In this document: in pieces, positions 38,731 through 51,719 of the stretch
How the letters are laid out: the number at the start of each line of letters is the position of its first letter
How positions within the stretch are numbered: the stretch's first letter is position 1
Source of the DNA: Camelus ferus
Taxonomy: Eukaryota
Reading direction: 5' to 3'
Assembly (NCBI RefSeq): GCF_009834535.1
Contig: NC_045696.1
Span: 76,386,001-76,450,000, forward strand
DNA length: 64,000 bases
Made by a program: the position numbers and the translations under genes
The notes under the pieces: model-generated
Seen by the model: the letters and a program-made list of their open reading frames with translations, nothing else
Database searches by the model: none
Told to the model about the DNA's origin: nothing

Positions 38731-39139
38731 GACTTTTCCAATATCAAAAATTATCTGATAGAATCATTGCAGACTTTCTGAGTAGGGGGAAAAAAAGGAA
38801 TCTACACTTTAAATCCTGTACTGATTATCAAGAATTATTGTTGTTATTTCATCCTCTTTTTCCAGAAGGAGCACATGACAGGTGTTCCAAGATTTCAGAT
38901 GGATTGTGCAGGCCTCAGATGGTGGCAGCCTGGTTCAGAGTCTATTGCTTGGCTTGACAAAGCAGGGGCTGGGGACGGGAAAGAAGAGAGGTGGGGAGGA
39001 GGAGAGCCTGGGTACTCTGAGCTGCTTTTCTGCTAGAAACTTGGCCAGCTTTGCACAGACTCAGCTTCTCCTGTCTTGGGCCTTCCTCATGGAAGCCAAC
39101 CAGTGAGCACACATTTCTAAAGCACAGCAACATCACCAG

Positions 39140-39335
39140 CTGACATTCATCATGTGTTTGCTAGATGCCAAGTCCCCGCTGAGCACTTTCTGCCCTCTAC
39201 AACTCGGAGAGCAGGTCTGATTATTACCCCCATTTTACAGGTGGGGATCTGAGGCTTAGAGAAGTAAGTAAGGTAACTTGCCCAGGGCACACAGATGTCA
39301 AAGTTAAGGCTCAAGCCCAGGCAGTCTGACTCTAG
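39140..39335 (-). mobile_element. MIR SINE
   Basis: ttattaccccca ttttacaggtggggatctgaggcttagagaagt..aacttgcccaggg. Confidence 0.75.
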
Positions 39336-39514
39336 TAACTAATCAGTTTCCCAGAGACAAACGGAAGTCAAATGACAAGGCCTTGAAAAAATAGTCATTT
39401 GGGTGGTTGTTTTTTCAATGTAAAGAGGAGTGACTGGATTATGTAGCTATTTAAGATATTTGCCTCATCAATGTGACCTACAATTTGAAAGGTTTAGAGA
39501 TTATACTATTTAAT

Positions 39515-39833
39515 ATAATACTAGCTGCTGAAACAAAGGAACACCCAAACTCAAAAAATACAATAAAAATGTATTTCCTGTTCATGTCAGAGTCTACTGT
39601 AGACTAGTGGTAGACTCTGCTCTTCACAGTCATTCAGGGGCCTAGGCTCCTTCCACCCTGTAGCTCTGGCCTCCTGGAGATTCTCGGGTTCAAAAGGTTT
39701 ATAAGAAAAGAAAGAGAATGGAGCAAGGGTCGGCCAGGAAAGTTAAGTCACAACATGGTCACATCTACTGCAAAGGTGACTGAGAAATGTAGTCTGGCTG
39801 TGGCCCCCAAAGAAGCAGGGAACATGGATACTG
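39515..39833 (-). mobile_element. Old MLT1 (J/K-like) LTR
   Basis: cacagtcattcaggggcctaggct; acatggtcacatctactgcaaaggtgactgagaaatgtagtct. Confidence 0.65.
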
Positions 39834-39838
39834 GGGAC

Positions 39839-40260
39839 TGTTGGGCTGCACCCCACAGGCTTGCAAGCCTTGTAGTTGCCCAGCTTCAAGACTGAAGAAG
39901 GATCCCGGAGACAGTGACAGAGACATCAATGGTTTATTGGACAGAGGATCTTATACACCTCAAGCAGAAGGTCCTGCTGGGACACCCCCACCACGGACTG
40001 CTGACAGCAGGCAGGACATGGCAGCAGTCTTCATGACTCGGGGGAGAAGGAGGCTACCATTTATGGGGGAACTGACATCAGGTGGGCTCATCAGTTACCA
40101 GGGAAACCAGTGGCTGGGGGAGGGGCAAGCACACAGGCAGTTACTGAGTAAGCCCTATTATTAAGAGCACTGGATAGTCATGTGAGTGAAGCAGGGACTG
40201 GTTGAGCAGGGGATGTACAGAGAGCAAGAGGACAGCCATCTTGAATGGCCTGACTATACA
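39839..40260 (-). mobile_element. Solo ERV LTR (422 bp), probably ERV-L class
   Basis: TG...CA termini, perfect 5-bp TSD gggac (39834-39838 and 40261-40265), minus-strand AATAAA (tttatt ~39933-39938). Confidence 0.85.
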
Positions 40261-41244
40261 GGGACTACAACTAGCCTTTGCTTCCAGAAACGCTATCTTC
40301 ACTGGACTCTCTATTAAATTCCTCCTCTCTCTGCTGCCCAATAATTATTCTAAAAAAGTTTTAAAGAATAGTAGCTACAGAAGTTTTCCTGAAGGACATA
40401 TAATCTACTGATTTCCAAACATCTCAGTGTGTACTTAGAGCCGTTGTTTTGCTCCCACACTCAATATCCTGGAAACATGTTTTCTAATTTGCGTGAGTTG
40501 TTGTGCCTTTGGCTTGCAATGAGGAAAATAATGAGACACAGCTGTAAGAAATCCAGTTATATCTACTGAGAGGATGGTATTAAGGGAAGAACTTCTCTCC
40601 CATCTTTATGAGTAAAAACTATGCTTCTCTCAATTTTTTTAATGTTACAAATATTCTGAATCTTATGACAGATCATCTGTCCCACTTTGCTAAGGCCACT
40701 AAGCAACTCAGGGTCAAAGCAGACATCCTTCTCCAGAAACTGAACAGGGACTTTATACTATTTATTTCTATGTACAAATTTTGCCTATCTTTATCAATTT
40801 CCTATCAAAAACAATTTTCCCTTCACCCTAATCATTCCTATTGTTTGTTTTATATTTTTGTATTTTACATATATAGAGAGAGAACCTTGTGGTACAAGAT
40901 GGGTAAAGCACATGAATTTGGTCATATTTGTGATTTGGAATCTATGCTAAATTCCAGCTTAGTTATGGGGTTTTTTTCAGAAAGACAAATGTGATAGATA
41001 CCCCCCAGCTGTCACACTGCCTCAGTGCACAGGAAATGCTGGGAGCAGCTGACCCTCCAAGCTGATCTCAGGCCAATGGCATTCTTGCTGGTATCCCCAC
41101 AACGTCTTAGAGGTGAAAAGTGGTACCTCGAATGTGTGACAAAACTGCTCTCTTAGGGCCTTTGCTTAATGAGGAGCTGTGAAAACATGGAACCTGTGGG
41201 GACAGTTTAGAAATTTACCCTGTGCTCACACAGCGAATCTACCC

Positions 41245-41380
41245 GGGCTAACTTGCTGAGTGACCTTGAGCAAGGCACTTAACCTCTCTGGGCTTCTCAT
41301 ATCTTTATCTGTAAAATAAAAGGCATTGGGCCATAGGACAAGATAATCGCTAAAGCCTCCTCTAGCACAATAAATCTGTG
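41245..41380 (+). mobile_element. MIR/MIR3 SINE
   Basis: gctgagtgaccttgagcaaggcacttaacctctctggg..atctgtaaaata. Confidence 0.75.
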
Positions 41381-43744
41381 ATGAATTCTCTATACAAATT
41401 AAAATAATTATAATTTCAAAATTCCACCAGGTATTTTTGAAATAAATGACTATGTCCAGAGAAGAAAGAGCTGGTGGGCAATTCACAAGTGGTGAAGAGG
41501 CTGCAGACTGATGGTAAAGGTATTTTGAAACCACCATGGTAAAATGTAGCTGCTTGTCTTTCCTGTGTGAACACCAGGAGGTCACAGTTCCACTATACAG
41601 GAGTGAAAGGTGGTATCGACAGGATGTATCAATTTGAGTCGGAATTTGGCTGAAGCACCTGGACAATTAATCCATCTCTGGGCTTCAGGAATCTGATACT
41701 ACTGTTAAGAACATTGCTGCAGAATTCACAGGGCAGGCTGGACATGGGCATCGTCTTGCTCCACTGGTGGGCTACGGAGAGGCTCAGGCCAACCCAGCAC
41801 ATCCCCAGGAACTATCCCAGTTTGCTGACCGCCCACGTCTGCATGAACGGTGTAAAGCATCTCTCAGCCGTAACCCGGGACTGTGAGCCTGCCACACTGA
41901 GTCTTTGCATGCAGTTCAGGACCCTGTGCTGAAAATACATTTTATGGTGAAATGAGGGATTAGCTAATCTTTTGGGCTAACGGAGGGCCAGCTACAAATG
42001 TTTCCTGTGTATATTGTGAAACCCTGAGATGACAGAGAAGTTCCTCATTGCTCTTTGAATTTCCCTTCCCCCAGGACTTCCATTGGTCACACAAGCCATT
42101 ATCTGAGGCAAAGCTAGCCAGAGCATGATGTTGTAATTTTTCTTGATTCGTACTTCTAAATTAAATCTGCTTGGAAAAACAAAAGACTAAAAAGAAACTT
42201 AAATCTTGTCTTAAATCATGGAGGAATTCTCTAATTTTTCTTCATTTGTTGGCTAGACTTATTTCTTGTTAACAAATCATTCTTTGGATACTCAAGGGCC
42301 AAATACAAGAAGAAAAAACAACAACAACCACCAGAAACAAAACACCCTAGAAACAAGGCAATTAAGCAATAAGAACCCAGACACTTGTGGTTTGATACAA
42401 ACGCACTGACAGAGAGCCCAGACTGCCACCCTTACATTTCACATATGCAGCCAAGACCAATGATCCACTTCGATGAATAAACATTAACACAATTTTCCTT
42501 GACTCATACTGTATGTATTTAATATTCTCTTTGGCCTTACTTATAAGAGAGTTTTTCTTTTTTTTTTTTTCTTTGTTTTTTCAAGGGTAAAGGTAAGGGA
42601 ATTTCCCAACCACATTGTTCCACTTCATATCTTCTTCTTTCTCTTCTGATTTTATTTTCACTGCAGACTAGAGTGAAGGTAAATGTGTATTATTGGCAGC
42701 CTCTGGGAACCAAGGAAAAACTGACTAGCAACTACCATAGCAAGCCATGTATTTGTAACCACAATGACACTCACATTCAGAAGTTAAAACTAGCCAAAGT
42801 CGAGGCTTGAAACATCCACCCTCTTATAGCTGTGTTTTATTATTTTTATTTAAACATGGGCTATGAGTTTGCTGACATAAAAGACTGGATGACTTCCCTT
42901 TCGTGAAGTATGGGGGGAAATATGAATACGTATTTATTTTGCTTATATGTGTAGAAAGATACACAAGAAACTACTAAATTATTATCTGTTAAAAAAAAAA
43001 AAAGGTAAATGGCTGTCTTCATTTACCTTTAATCAGTTGCAGATTTTGCCTGACCTCTTTATTTCTTCAATAATAAATCTATTGTCATGCATTTAGAGAC
43101 AACTGAACTGCTCCAAAACTTGGGCTGAAATTATCCTCACCCTCCCTCCTCGACAGCATAAGGCTGTTTCTCATTAGTTTTATTAATGCCATGAAAATTC
43201 CAAAATTATACTAAACGAGAATAGTATTTTAAATTTTATCACATTTCTAGCTGAGAAGTCTCAATATACATTGTTAGTTCACTGGCATTCACCACACAGC
43301 AAAGCAAACAAGGGGTTTCAAAACTGAGGTAGTTTAAGCCTCCTAAGAGAAGGCTGCAGCCACAGCTTCCTGAGTCCTGTTTACATATCTCATTTGCTAA
43401 ATCAGATTCTTCCCAGAACTCATCTCACGCCAAAGTTCGTGTATAATTCCACTCTGGTTTGTGTCTTTGTGCAAGCACCTCGCTGGCCAAGCCACAGAAG
43501 GGCTGAGCCGGTTAACACGCAGATCAAATCAGGAATCCCTGCCCTGCAGCAGGCTGGAGATGTAACAGTTAACTGAGGGCCAGAGCTCTTTGTAGGCCCT
43601 CAGGATTAAAGGTTAAGAGGCAAGATTTCAGTAGAACTGTTTAGAAGCTGCATACCACACAGCTAGAAATGAAGGCTGAGCTATATTCTGCGGAATTTGA
43701 ATTATGTGTACAGCCAATCAGAAACAATAAATGGATTTGTGTCC

Positions 43745-43960
43745 AGTGATAATAATTCCTCATAGTTATAGATAGATTTACAGTTTATACAGCATTTCCC
43801 ATACACTCTCTCTCACTGAGCCTCAAAACAGCCCTGTGCTGCACATAAGGCTGTTACTTTCAATGCTGTTTTAGAGATAAGAGCTTCAAGGCTTGGGAGA
43901 TGAAATAGTTTGTCCCTTTGAACCAGACAGGAGAGGCGAGCTGGGGCTCACCCTTAGGTT
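43745..43960 (-). mobile_element. MIR fragment
   Basis: tttacagtttatacagcatttcccatacactctctctcactgagcctcaaaacagccctgtg. Confidence 0.6.
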
Positions 43961-44856
43961 TTGTGAGGACACTTTCCACCAAGCAGGCTGCCTCAGGTCC
44001 TCAAATCCACTCACTCAATTAAGGAATTCACCCACTCAGCCAACTTTCCATTTGACAAATGTGAGAGTCCTATTAATCTAATACTGAACTTCCATTAGGC
44101 TCTTTGACTTGTACTGAAACACAAAAGACAAATTCCTGTCATTGACTGAGTTGTAACAATGATGAAATGTCTCATGCCTCTTTCCCCTTCCTGCCTGTGT
44201 TCCCTTTTCATTTTTTCCGTGGCTTTCGTAAATCAGGATGTATTAGAAATTAGAGGAAGGTTGAAACTTCCTCTAGGTGACCAAGGAGTGGAGGGTGGAA
44301 TCCAGCCCCTTATTTCTAGGCTTTTGAGTGGAAGATCTGACAATAGGAACAGTTGTGTCCCTGTGTTCTATGCAGTGTCATTTTATTTTCCTGAAAACAT
44401 TTGCCCTTGCTACAAGTGGATTAGAGGTTAGAATGCAGGATTGGCAGGCAGGATTTGTGGTTTCTATTATTAGGCCCGCCACAGTTTTATCACACAAGGG
44501 TGAGCCCTAAGCAGAGTGGTTTATTGGAGAGAGAACTTGACTGGAAGACAGCACTGGCCTTCCTGTGAATGAGAGAAACTGAGCACCACAGCTAAGCGTC
44601 AGCCGAGGGTCAGGGTACAGAGGACAATGTGAGATTCCCTCAGTCCCTGAATGTAAGGGCTGAGCTGACTGATGTATATGATCCACTCCTGTACACGGGG
44701 AATTACAGAAGGATCCCATTAGGCCCCCCTGCACAACTTTCTACAGTGGGGACAGAAACAACTCTTTTATGAAGGCCTCCTCCAGGCAGGGGACAAGGAC
44801 TCCAAGTACTGCTTTCTCGATGTGCTTTCTGTGCCCAAACCTATAGGTTTCCACCC

Positions 44857-44901
44857 AGTGAGTGAGTGAGAGAGAGAGAGTGTGTGTGTGTGTGCGTGCG
44901 C
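44857..44901 (+). repeat. Compound microsatellite (AGTG)n(AG)n(TG)n
   Basis: Directly visible. Confidence 0.85.
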
Positions 44902-45439
44902 AGTAGGCCAAAAGAACTCAAGCTGTTTGGAGAACTAGGGTTGTGGTGGTGGAAGTGACATGTTTTCAGATGACTGCTGGTGTTTCCTTCACTTCAGGTA
45001 TCATAGTCCAGGCTGGACCAAAGAATTCAGGGAGGGAAGAGGAGAAAAAGAGTTTCGTGTACACTCTTAACTCTGAGAGAGATCTGTAATAGCCTTCTGA
45101 GATTAAAGCAATGAATTGAACCAAATACATTTAAAACACACTATGTCAGCCCTGTGCTGCTTCCCGACAACACAGCCTCAAGACCTCTGCAAGCCGGTGA
45201 CAGCACCTATGGACACCTGTGCTCCGCCCTAATCCAAAAGCTCCAGGACCCAGTGCTAGCCTAGGCAAGAGGGACAGGTAAGTGTGACCCTGGATTCTGA
45301 GTCTCAGCATCCACGGCTTACTTCTCTGGCCCCAACCAACCTTCACTGATAACTGTGCTTTTGCCTTATGCTCCATTGATGAAGCTCTGCCTGATTACTC
45401 CAACTGCTAACTCAGTCCCACCAAGGATGCACACAATGA

Positions 45440-45610
45440 ACTTGAATGAATTCATTTATCCAGTCAAGCAATATGTACACATGTGTATTATGTGCCAAAC
45501 ACTGCGCTAAGCTTGAGGATAGAGTAGCAACAACAAAACAAGACAAAAATGTATGGTGTTTGCCTACAGGGAGAGAGGAGCAAAAAATAAAATCACATGA
45601 ATAGGAATAT
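45440..45610 (-). mobile_element. L2 3' fragment
   Basis: ttcatttatccagtcaagc..tattatgtgccaaacactgcgctaagc. Confidence 0.6.
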
Positions 45611-45724
45611 AACTACAACCAGTGGTAAATGCTGGGGAGGAAGAGGTCAGCATACTCTAAGAGCCCTTGAAGCTCCAATCAGGTGGCAGATGACCTCGCA
45701 TCTGAAGATAAACACTCCAGGTGC

Positions 45725-46086
45725 CAACCACCCAAATTCAAATGTGTCCCCCACAAGTTCACATGTTGAAGCCCTAACTTCCAATGTGATGGTATTTGAA
45801 GATGGAACCTTAGGAGGCAACTAGGTTTAGATGAGGTCATGAGGGTGGAGTCCCCACGGTGGAGATCTCTGTCTCTCTCTGTTTCTCTCCATTTCTCTTT
45901 GATACAGGGAAAAATTGTCTGTCTGCAATTCAGGAAACAAGCCCTCACCAGACACTGAATCTGGCAGCACCATGACCTTGGACTTCTCAGCCTCCAGAAC
46001 TGTCAAAACAATGAGTACTAAATGTCTGCTGCTTAAGCCACCTGGTCTGCGGTAATGTGCTGTGGCAGCCTGAGCTGCTTAAGACA
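45725..46086 (+). mobile_element. MLT1A/B-like MaLR solo LTR
   Basis: aatgtgtcccccacaagttcacatgttgaagccctaacttccaatgtgatggtatttg...gcagcctgagctgcttaagaca. Confidence 0.85.
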
Positions 46087-49000
46087 GCGGGGCACTCAGA
46101 AGGCACTGCCCAAAGGGTCAGGAAACTTCGGCCCTGGCGTGACCACTGACCTTGCCACTCATGTTTCTTTCTAGAGGTCACTGAGGAGACTTGATTTGGT
46201 TAGGTCTGGGGTGAGGCTCGGCTGCGGGGTGAGAGTGTATGTTGAGCATACTCACTGATTCCTCTTTGAAAACTGAAAGTTTAGTGTTTTATTTTTTATA
46301 TCAGAAAATTGCTTCTCCATCAAAACTATCACATCTAAATGCCAGGTAGACTTTGTACATCACCGTGACAGCCCATCATCTTGCCACTCTAAGGCATCCC
46401 CTCTGGTGCTTGGATAACAAGCAAGGAAACCAGCTAGGAAGGAGTCAGGGCTAAATGTGGAAGCGGGTGGGTGGAGAGAGAGAAAAGCCTGAGAATAGGG
46501 ACCGTGTTTGTAGCTGTGAATACATTTTCTCCTTGATTTCCCTTTTTTTTTTTTTTTTTGTATTAATAACATTTAATTCAACTGAAATTAGTATTTAGTG
46601 AATGATAATCATGGGACAGACACTTGGCTAGAATCTAGAAGTTCAATGATAAATAATATTGCCATGCAGCAGTCCCAGCAGTCAAAGAGTATAGCATCTC
46701 TCAGAGGAAATACAACACGGCACATAAATATATTCAGGTCATATTCAGTCTCAAAGGTAGAATGCAGGAGGGGCATCCAATCCACACAGAAATAGAGAAG
46801 GGTTAGTCTAGAAGAAGAGACTTCTCAGTTTAGACAGTTGCCACCTAGTTACAATTTTTTAGTGGTAGTCAAATGACATGCGTTTGATGGACTGTAATTT
46901 ACTCAAACATTCTTTGTGAAAAACTTAGTTCCCCCTTCTTTCCTCTCTATCATAAATAATTATGTTATTAACCTTTGCTACAAGTCATCTGTCTCTATAG
47001 TAGGCCTCATTTTTACCTATCAAATATGAAATGCAACCTTATGTATGTTATTTCACTTTGCAGATTGTAGACAGGCAGAAACACACATCTTTGGACCACT
47101 TCTGGTACACAGCCTGACACATGGTTATGTCTTCCAGTAATCAGCATATATAAAGGGAGATTGAAACCACTGTATATTTCATTTAATTAAAGCATAATTA
47201 TGATAGCATATTTTCACATGGTTTCATGAAAAAAATCATATCATGCATTCAAAGATCAAATATAAAAGATTTGGGACTAGCTGCCTTTTAAAAAAATATC
47301 TTTGCCACTGTTCACTGAGTAGAAATGTTTTGGGTATTATCTGTGGTTTGTATTATCTGTGCTTTTTCTTCACTGGGACATACAGTAATTGAAAGTTGAG
47401 TACAGACTTTATGACTGTTTTTGAATTGATCAAATCATCTTAGAATTGCTTTGTAAAGCTTAATTAATGCTTCTTAAATGCTTTAAAATCTTATTAAAAG
47501 CATGGAAAGAAAGTTTTATTCTAAATTCTAAAATATTAGACTTCCACGTTATATCTACAAAGAATATGAGATTTCTTTTATGTCAAAATCTGCTAAAGCA
47601 AAGTAAAGAAAGAAAGAATTGAGGAGATGATCTTCTCCAAAATAAAACATAAATGATGACATTTCCACTCTGCTCCTTTGTGCAATGCATTGCCTAGGAG
47701 AATCATTCCTATCTTCAAAGCTCCTGCAATTTACATCTTAGAATTCGTAATGCCTAGAATCATTTTGTGCCACGCTTACCAAAAAGATGACCTCCAACAT
47801 TCAATCAGAGAAGTTTCCTATGCAATTTACCCAAAGTCTGTAAGCATAAAGGGAAAAAAAAAAAAACTAATGCTAAAATACTCTTCCTGAATCCTTATGC
47901 ACAGTTTCTACCTGTATGATAAATGAGAAATAGATTCTAATTTCTTTGTTAATATTCTCTTTAAACCAATGGGACGCATATTTTTAACAATAAATTATGT
48001 TAGCATTTGATTATCAATTATGAAGAAGAAACCATTTTAATTTTTTTTAATTATTTGAAAAATGGATCATTATTCTACCTGGAATGGCTAAAAATCATAA
48101 TAATAACAATTCCCTTTATTCATTCTATTCAGGAGAAAAACCATTGTTGAAATGTTAGGCAACTATTTTGTTTTTGTCATTCTTCTTTTGTATTTAAGGC
48201 ATTCAACAGAATAACTGTTTAAAGAAATGACAAGAACATAATATTCTGTAAGAAAAAATCTTGGCTCAGGACCATTTTGCTATGTAGATGTGTATGTACA
48301 AAGGGCTTTTAAAAAGTTAATTAAAAACTGAATTGCTAAAAAGGATTCAAAATCATGATGGTGATTTAGGAAATTAAATGGGAACATTTTTCAAGAGAGA
48401 AAATAATTAGTACCCAAAGGACCACAATTTCTTACTGTCTGGATCGTCCTTAACACCCTTCACCACCAGGATCTCTTCTCCAAGGCCCATCATAAATGTC
48501 CCTGTTCCTGCATAATTGTTTTGGGGCAAACCTAGACAGAGTTAGTCACTCCCTTCTGGGTGCCAGGCCATGGACTGAGTGCTACAGATACCAAGACTAA
48601 TAGGTAACAGTCTCTGGTCTGCCCTGAAATGGGGAAGAAAGCTATAAAGAGACAAATTACAGTCCAACAGAGAAAGTATCAGTAGAACAATCTAAGCAAA
48701 TGGGCTCTAGGTAAAAAAAGGAACATACACTCGTGATCTTGGTATTTCCACAATACTCTCTCCATACTTCCACCACACCAGTTTATTTGTGTTCAGGTCA
48801 ATCTCTACACTAAACTGGGAGCTCCTTCCTTCATTCAAAAATACACAGCTGTTTGGTTCCCATTTATGTGCTAGGCACACCTACATTATTGTCTGGGTTC
48901 TGATACAAATGTAACGCCTGCCATCATGAGTCAGAGCTCAGCACAAGTCCAACAAATATATAACAGGAGTCTGACAAATTTTTGTTGAATGAAAAAACAA

Positions 49001-49369
49001 ACTGAATGAACTCATATTGGTAAACAGGAGATGGTTTGGGAGGCAGAACAGAAAAACATACACATGGATTTAACCAGGCCATCGCTCAGGAAGTTGAAGG
49101 CAATGCCTACCTGGGTGCAGAGAACCTGATTTTTTGTTTTGTTCCTCTCAAGACTATATGTATAATTTACCAGTCACTTGGGAACACTTAGCTTTTTTAA
49201 ACTCCTGGATCTTGATGACAATTAAAGAAAATCAGAGCAAAGTAAAGGAACCAGTAAAGATCTTATAGGGGTTACTGTAAAGAATGTTTTCTGTTCGCAA
49301 AGATTTAGCATGAAAAATGGGGACTTAAACATGGGTTTAATAATTTTAGGAAAATGTTTACAACAGCCT

Positions 49370-49785
49370 TGGTCCTAAGAATTGAAAACAAGAAACAATC
49401 GAAAGGTTCATCAACAGGATGATGGATAAACAAATTGTAGTAACTTCATGCCAAAATAAAAAGGATTAAACTTCTGATACAATGTAACAACAAGCATGAA
49501 CCTCAAAAAGTTATGCTGAGTAAAAAATGGCAGACACAAAAAACTACATACATCTATATGAAGTTCCAGAAAAGGCAAAGATAAATTGTGGTGATAGAAC
49601 AGCGGTCACCTGAAGAGTAGAGGAGGGACTGGCTGAAAGAGAGCAGAAGGGAACTTTCTGGGATGACAGAGATGTTCTGTATCTTGTTTTGAGTAGTGAT
49701 TACATGGGTATACACAGTTGTCAAACTTCATTGCACCAAACTCTTAAGACCAGTGCTCTGTACGTAAATTATACCACAATAACAG
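49370..49785 (+). mobile_element. Old L1 (L1MB/MC/ME-like) 3' UTR
   Basis: catcaacaggatgatggataaacaaattgt; gggaactttctgggatgacagagatgttctgtatcttg; gtaaattataccacaataa. Confidence 0.75.
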
Positions 49786-51719
49786 AAGGAAGTCTCACGA
49801 ATATTGCCTATCTTCTAATTATAGTTTCCTCTTCAGAATTTTTATTTAAAACGATAATCTTAAAATCCTCATCTTCACTTTGCAGAATTTTTAACATGCT
49901 TCTTAAAAATCTGTATTATTTTTGTAAATTACACCACAATATGTGTATCTTATGAGTAAAATGCTTAGTGCAGAGATGATATGGCACTAAACCAACTAAC
50001 GACAGAGCCTCAGGCGCCATCAGACTCTACTGAGAAACTAGAGGAAGCTGGTTACATGTACTCCTTTTTTGTGAATCTGTGCAGATGGCGGCAGTGTGCT
50101 TTCTCCTTCATAAGCAATCACACAGATTTCAGGGATCTCTGAAGGACATCTGTTTTGAGTTCTTGCCCTTGGAGGTGGTAAGGCTTTATGCTGACTCATT
50201 CACACCCTGTCACCTGACCTCCCATAACCCAGCACATATATCTGTGAGGAAGTTGGTGCAGGTTAGGGATTTAATCTGTGGTGCCTGGAGCTGAAGTTCT
50301 ATTTCACTAAGTGTATTTGCCTGTATGGAAATAAGAACCCTGACCTTGGCCTCATTAGCACTCTCTTCCAAACAGCTAAGTGAATCAGCCGCTGGCACAT
50401 ACCAATAATAAACTGAAAACATGTTGGGTTGATAGTGATATTAAAGTGCACATAAGGCCATTCTTTTCCCTTTAAGCCCTTGGTGATACGAAGCAAATTT
50501 TTAAGCTAATACCCAGAATCACAGTTCCATCATTGCTGCTGCCCTGCTTTTGCCTTCTGGACCCAAAAAACAAATACACATGTAGGAGCTATGACTGTTA
50601 GTCAACAAACAAGGGCTTATGCAGAATGTCACAATACTCCATTTTGTTCCAAAATCAAAATAGATTTGAGGATAAGTCCTCATCTCTTTGGGCCCCTCCA
50701 TGTTGAGAGAAAGCCCCTGGGAACTTACCTAGGTCACATCATTTGGACAAAGCCCTCTTGTCATCATTCAGCACCAATCATCAGCTGTGTGCTCACTGTC
50801 CAAGCTCTCACACTCCTTCAAGTTCAGACAGCTCTGCTGATCCCTGTCATGCCTGGTGCAGAACTCTCTGCCAGGACTGAAAGCCCCAGAGTCCAGTGTC
50901 CAGTCTCTCGAGGTACACCACAGAGTTATTTCTCTCCAAGTGCTTCCCCAGGATGATTCAAGGGAGCTGGGCATGAGTCTCTGCTCCATCAATAAACTGA
51001 AGACTACCATTCTTTCTCAGTCTTAAAGAGTCTCTCCTTCTCTCTGCTTCTATTCTCCCTGGGATAGGGTTTGGGGAGGAGGAAAGGAAGAGATAAAATA
51101 AAGTAAGAATATGTAAATTAATATTTCAATTATGCAAACACATGCACATATCCTAACAATACCACCTACATCAACATACCAATCAATATAGTCGGTTTTG
51201 ATTTGAACTCTATTACTGATCAGCTGTGAGAACACAAACTACTTACATATAGAAAGCCTCACTTTCCTTATCTACACAATGAGAATAAACTTTAGTCTGT
51301 TTTTTATGTACAAGTCTATTATGAGAACTAAAGTAAACAGCAATGATTTTGTATTATTTATAAAGCCTGTTATAAATAAAGCCTTTATTATTTCATGTAT
51401 CTTCTATGTAATCCTTAAAAGATGTGACAGTGTTTTTGATGAGCAAAGAATGGCACAGAAGTTATATAATGTTGTGTTGTTTAAATGAAGACTCAGTAAT
51501 CATATCTTGATAGATTTTTTTAAAGTTTCTTCCATGCCTGGCCCCAACCACTGCCTTACATACCACATCTTCCTGCATTCTGTTAATTGTGAAGAATTTT
51601 ATTCCAATTATTTTCCCATCATCTCCCATGCCCAAGTCCAACCTTCTATATGATGGCCCTATATTTAGGCAGCTGTTTATCTAACAAATGCTTTTTACTT
51701 TACATCAATTTAAAATTTT

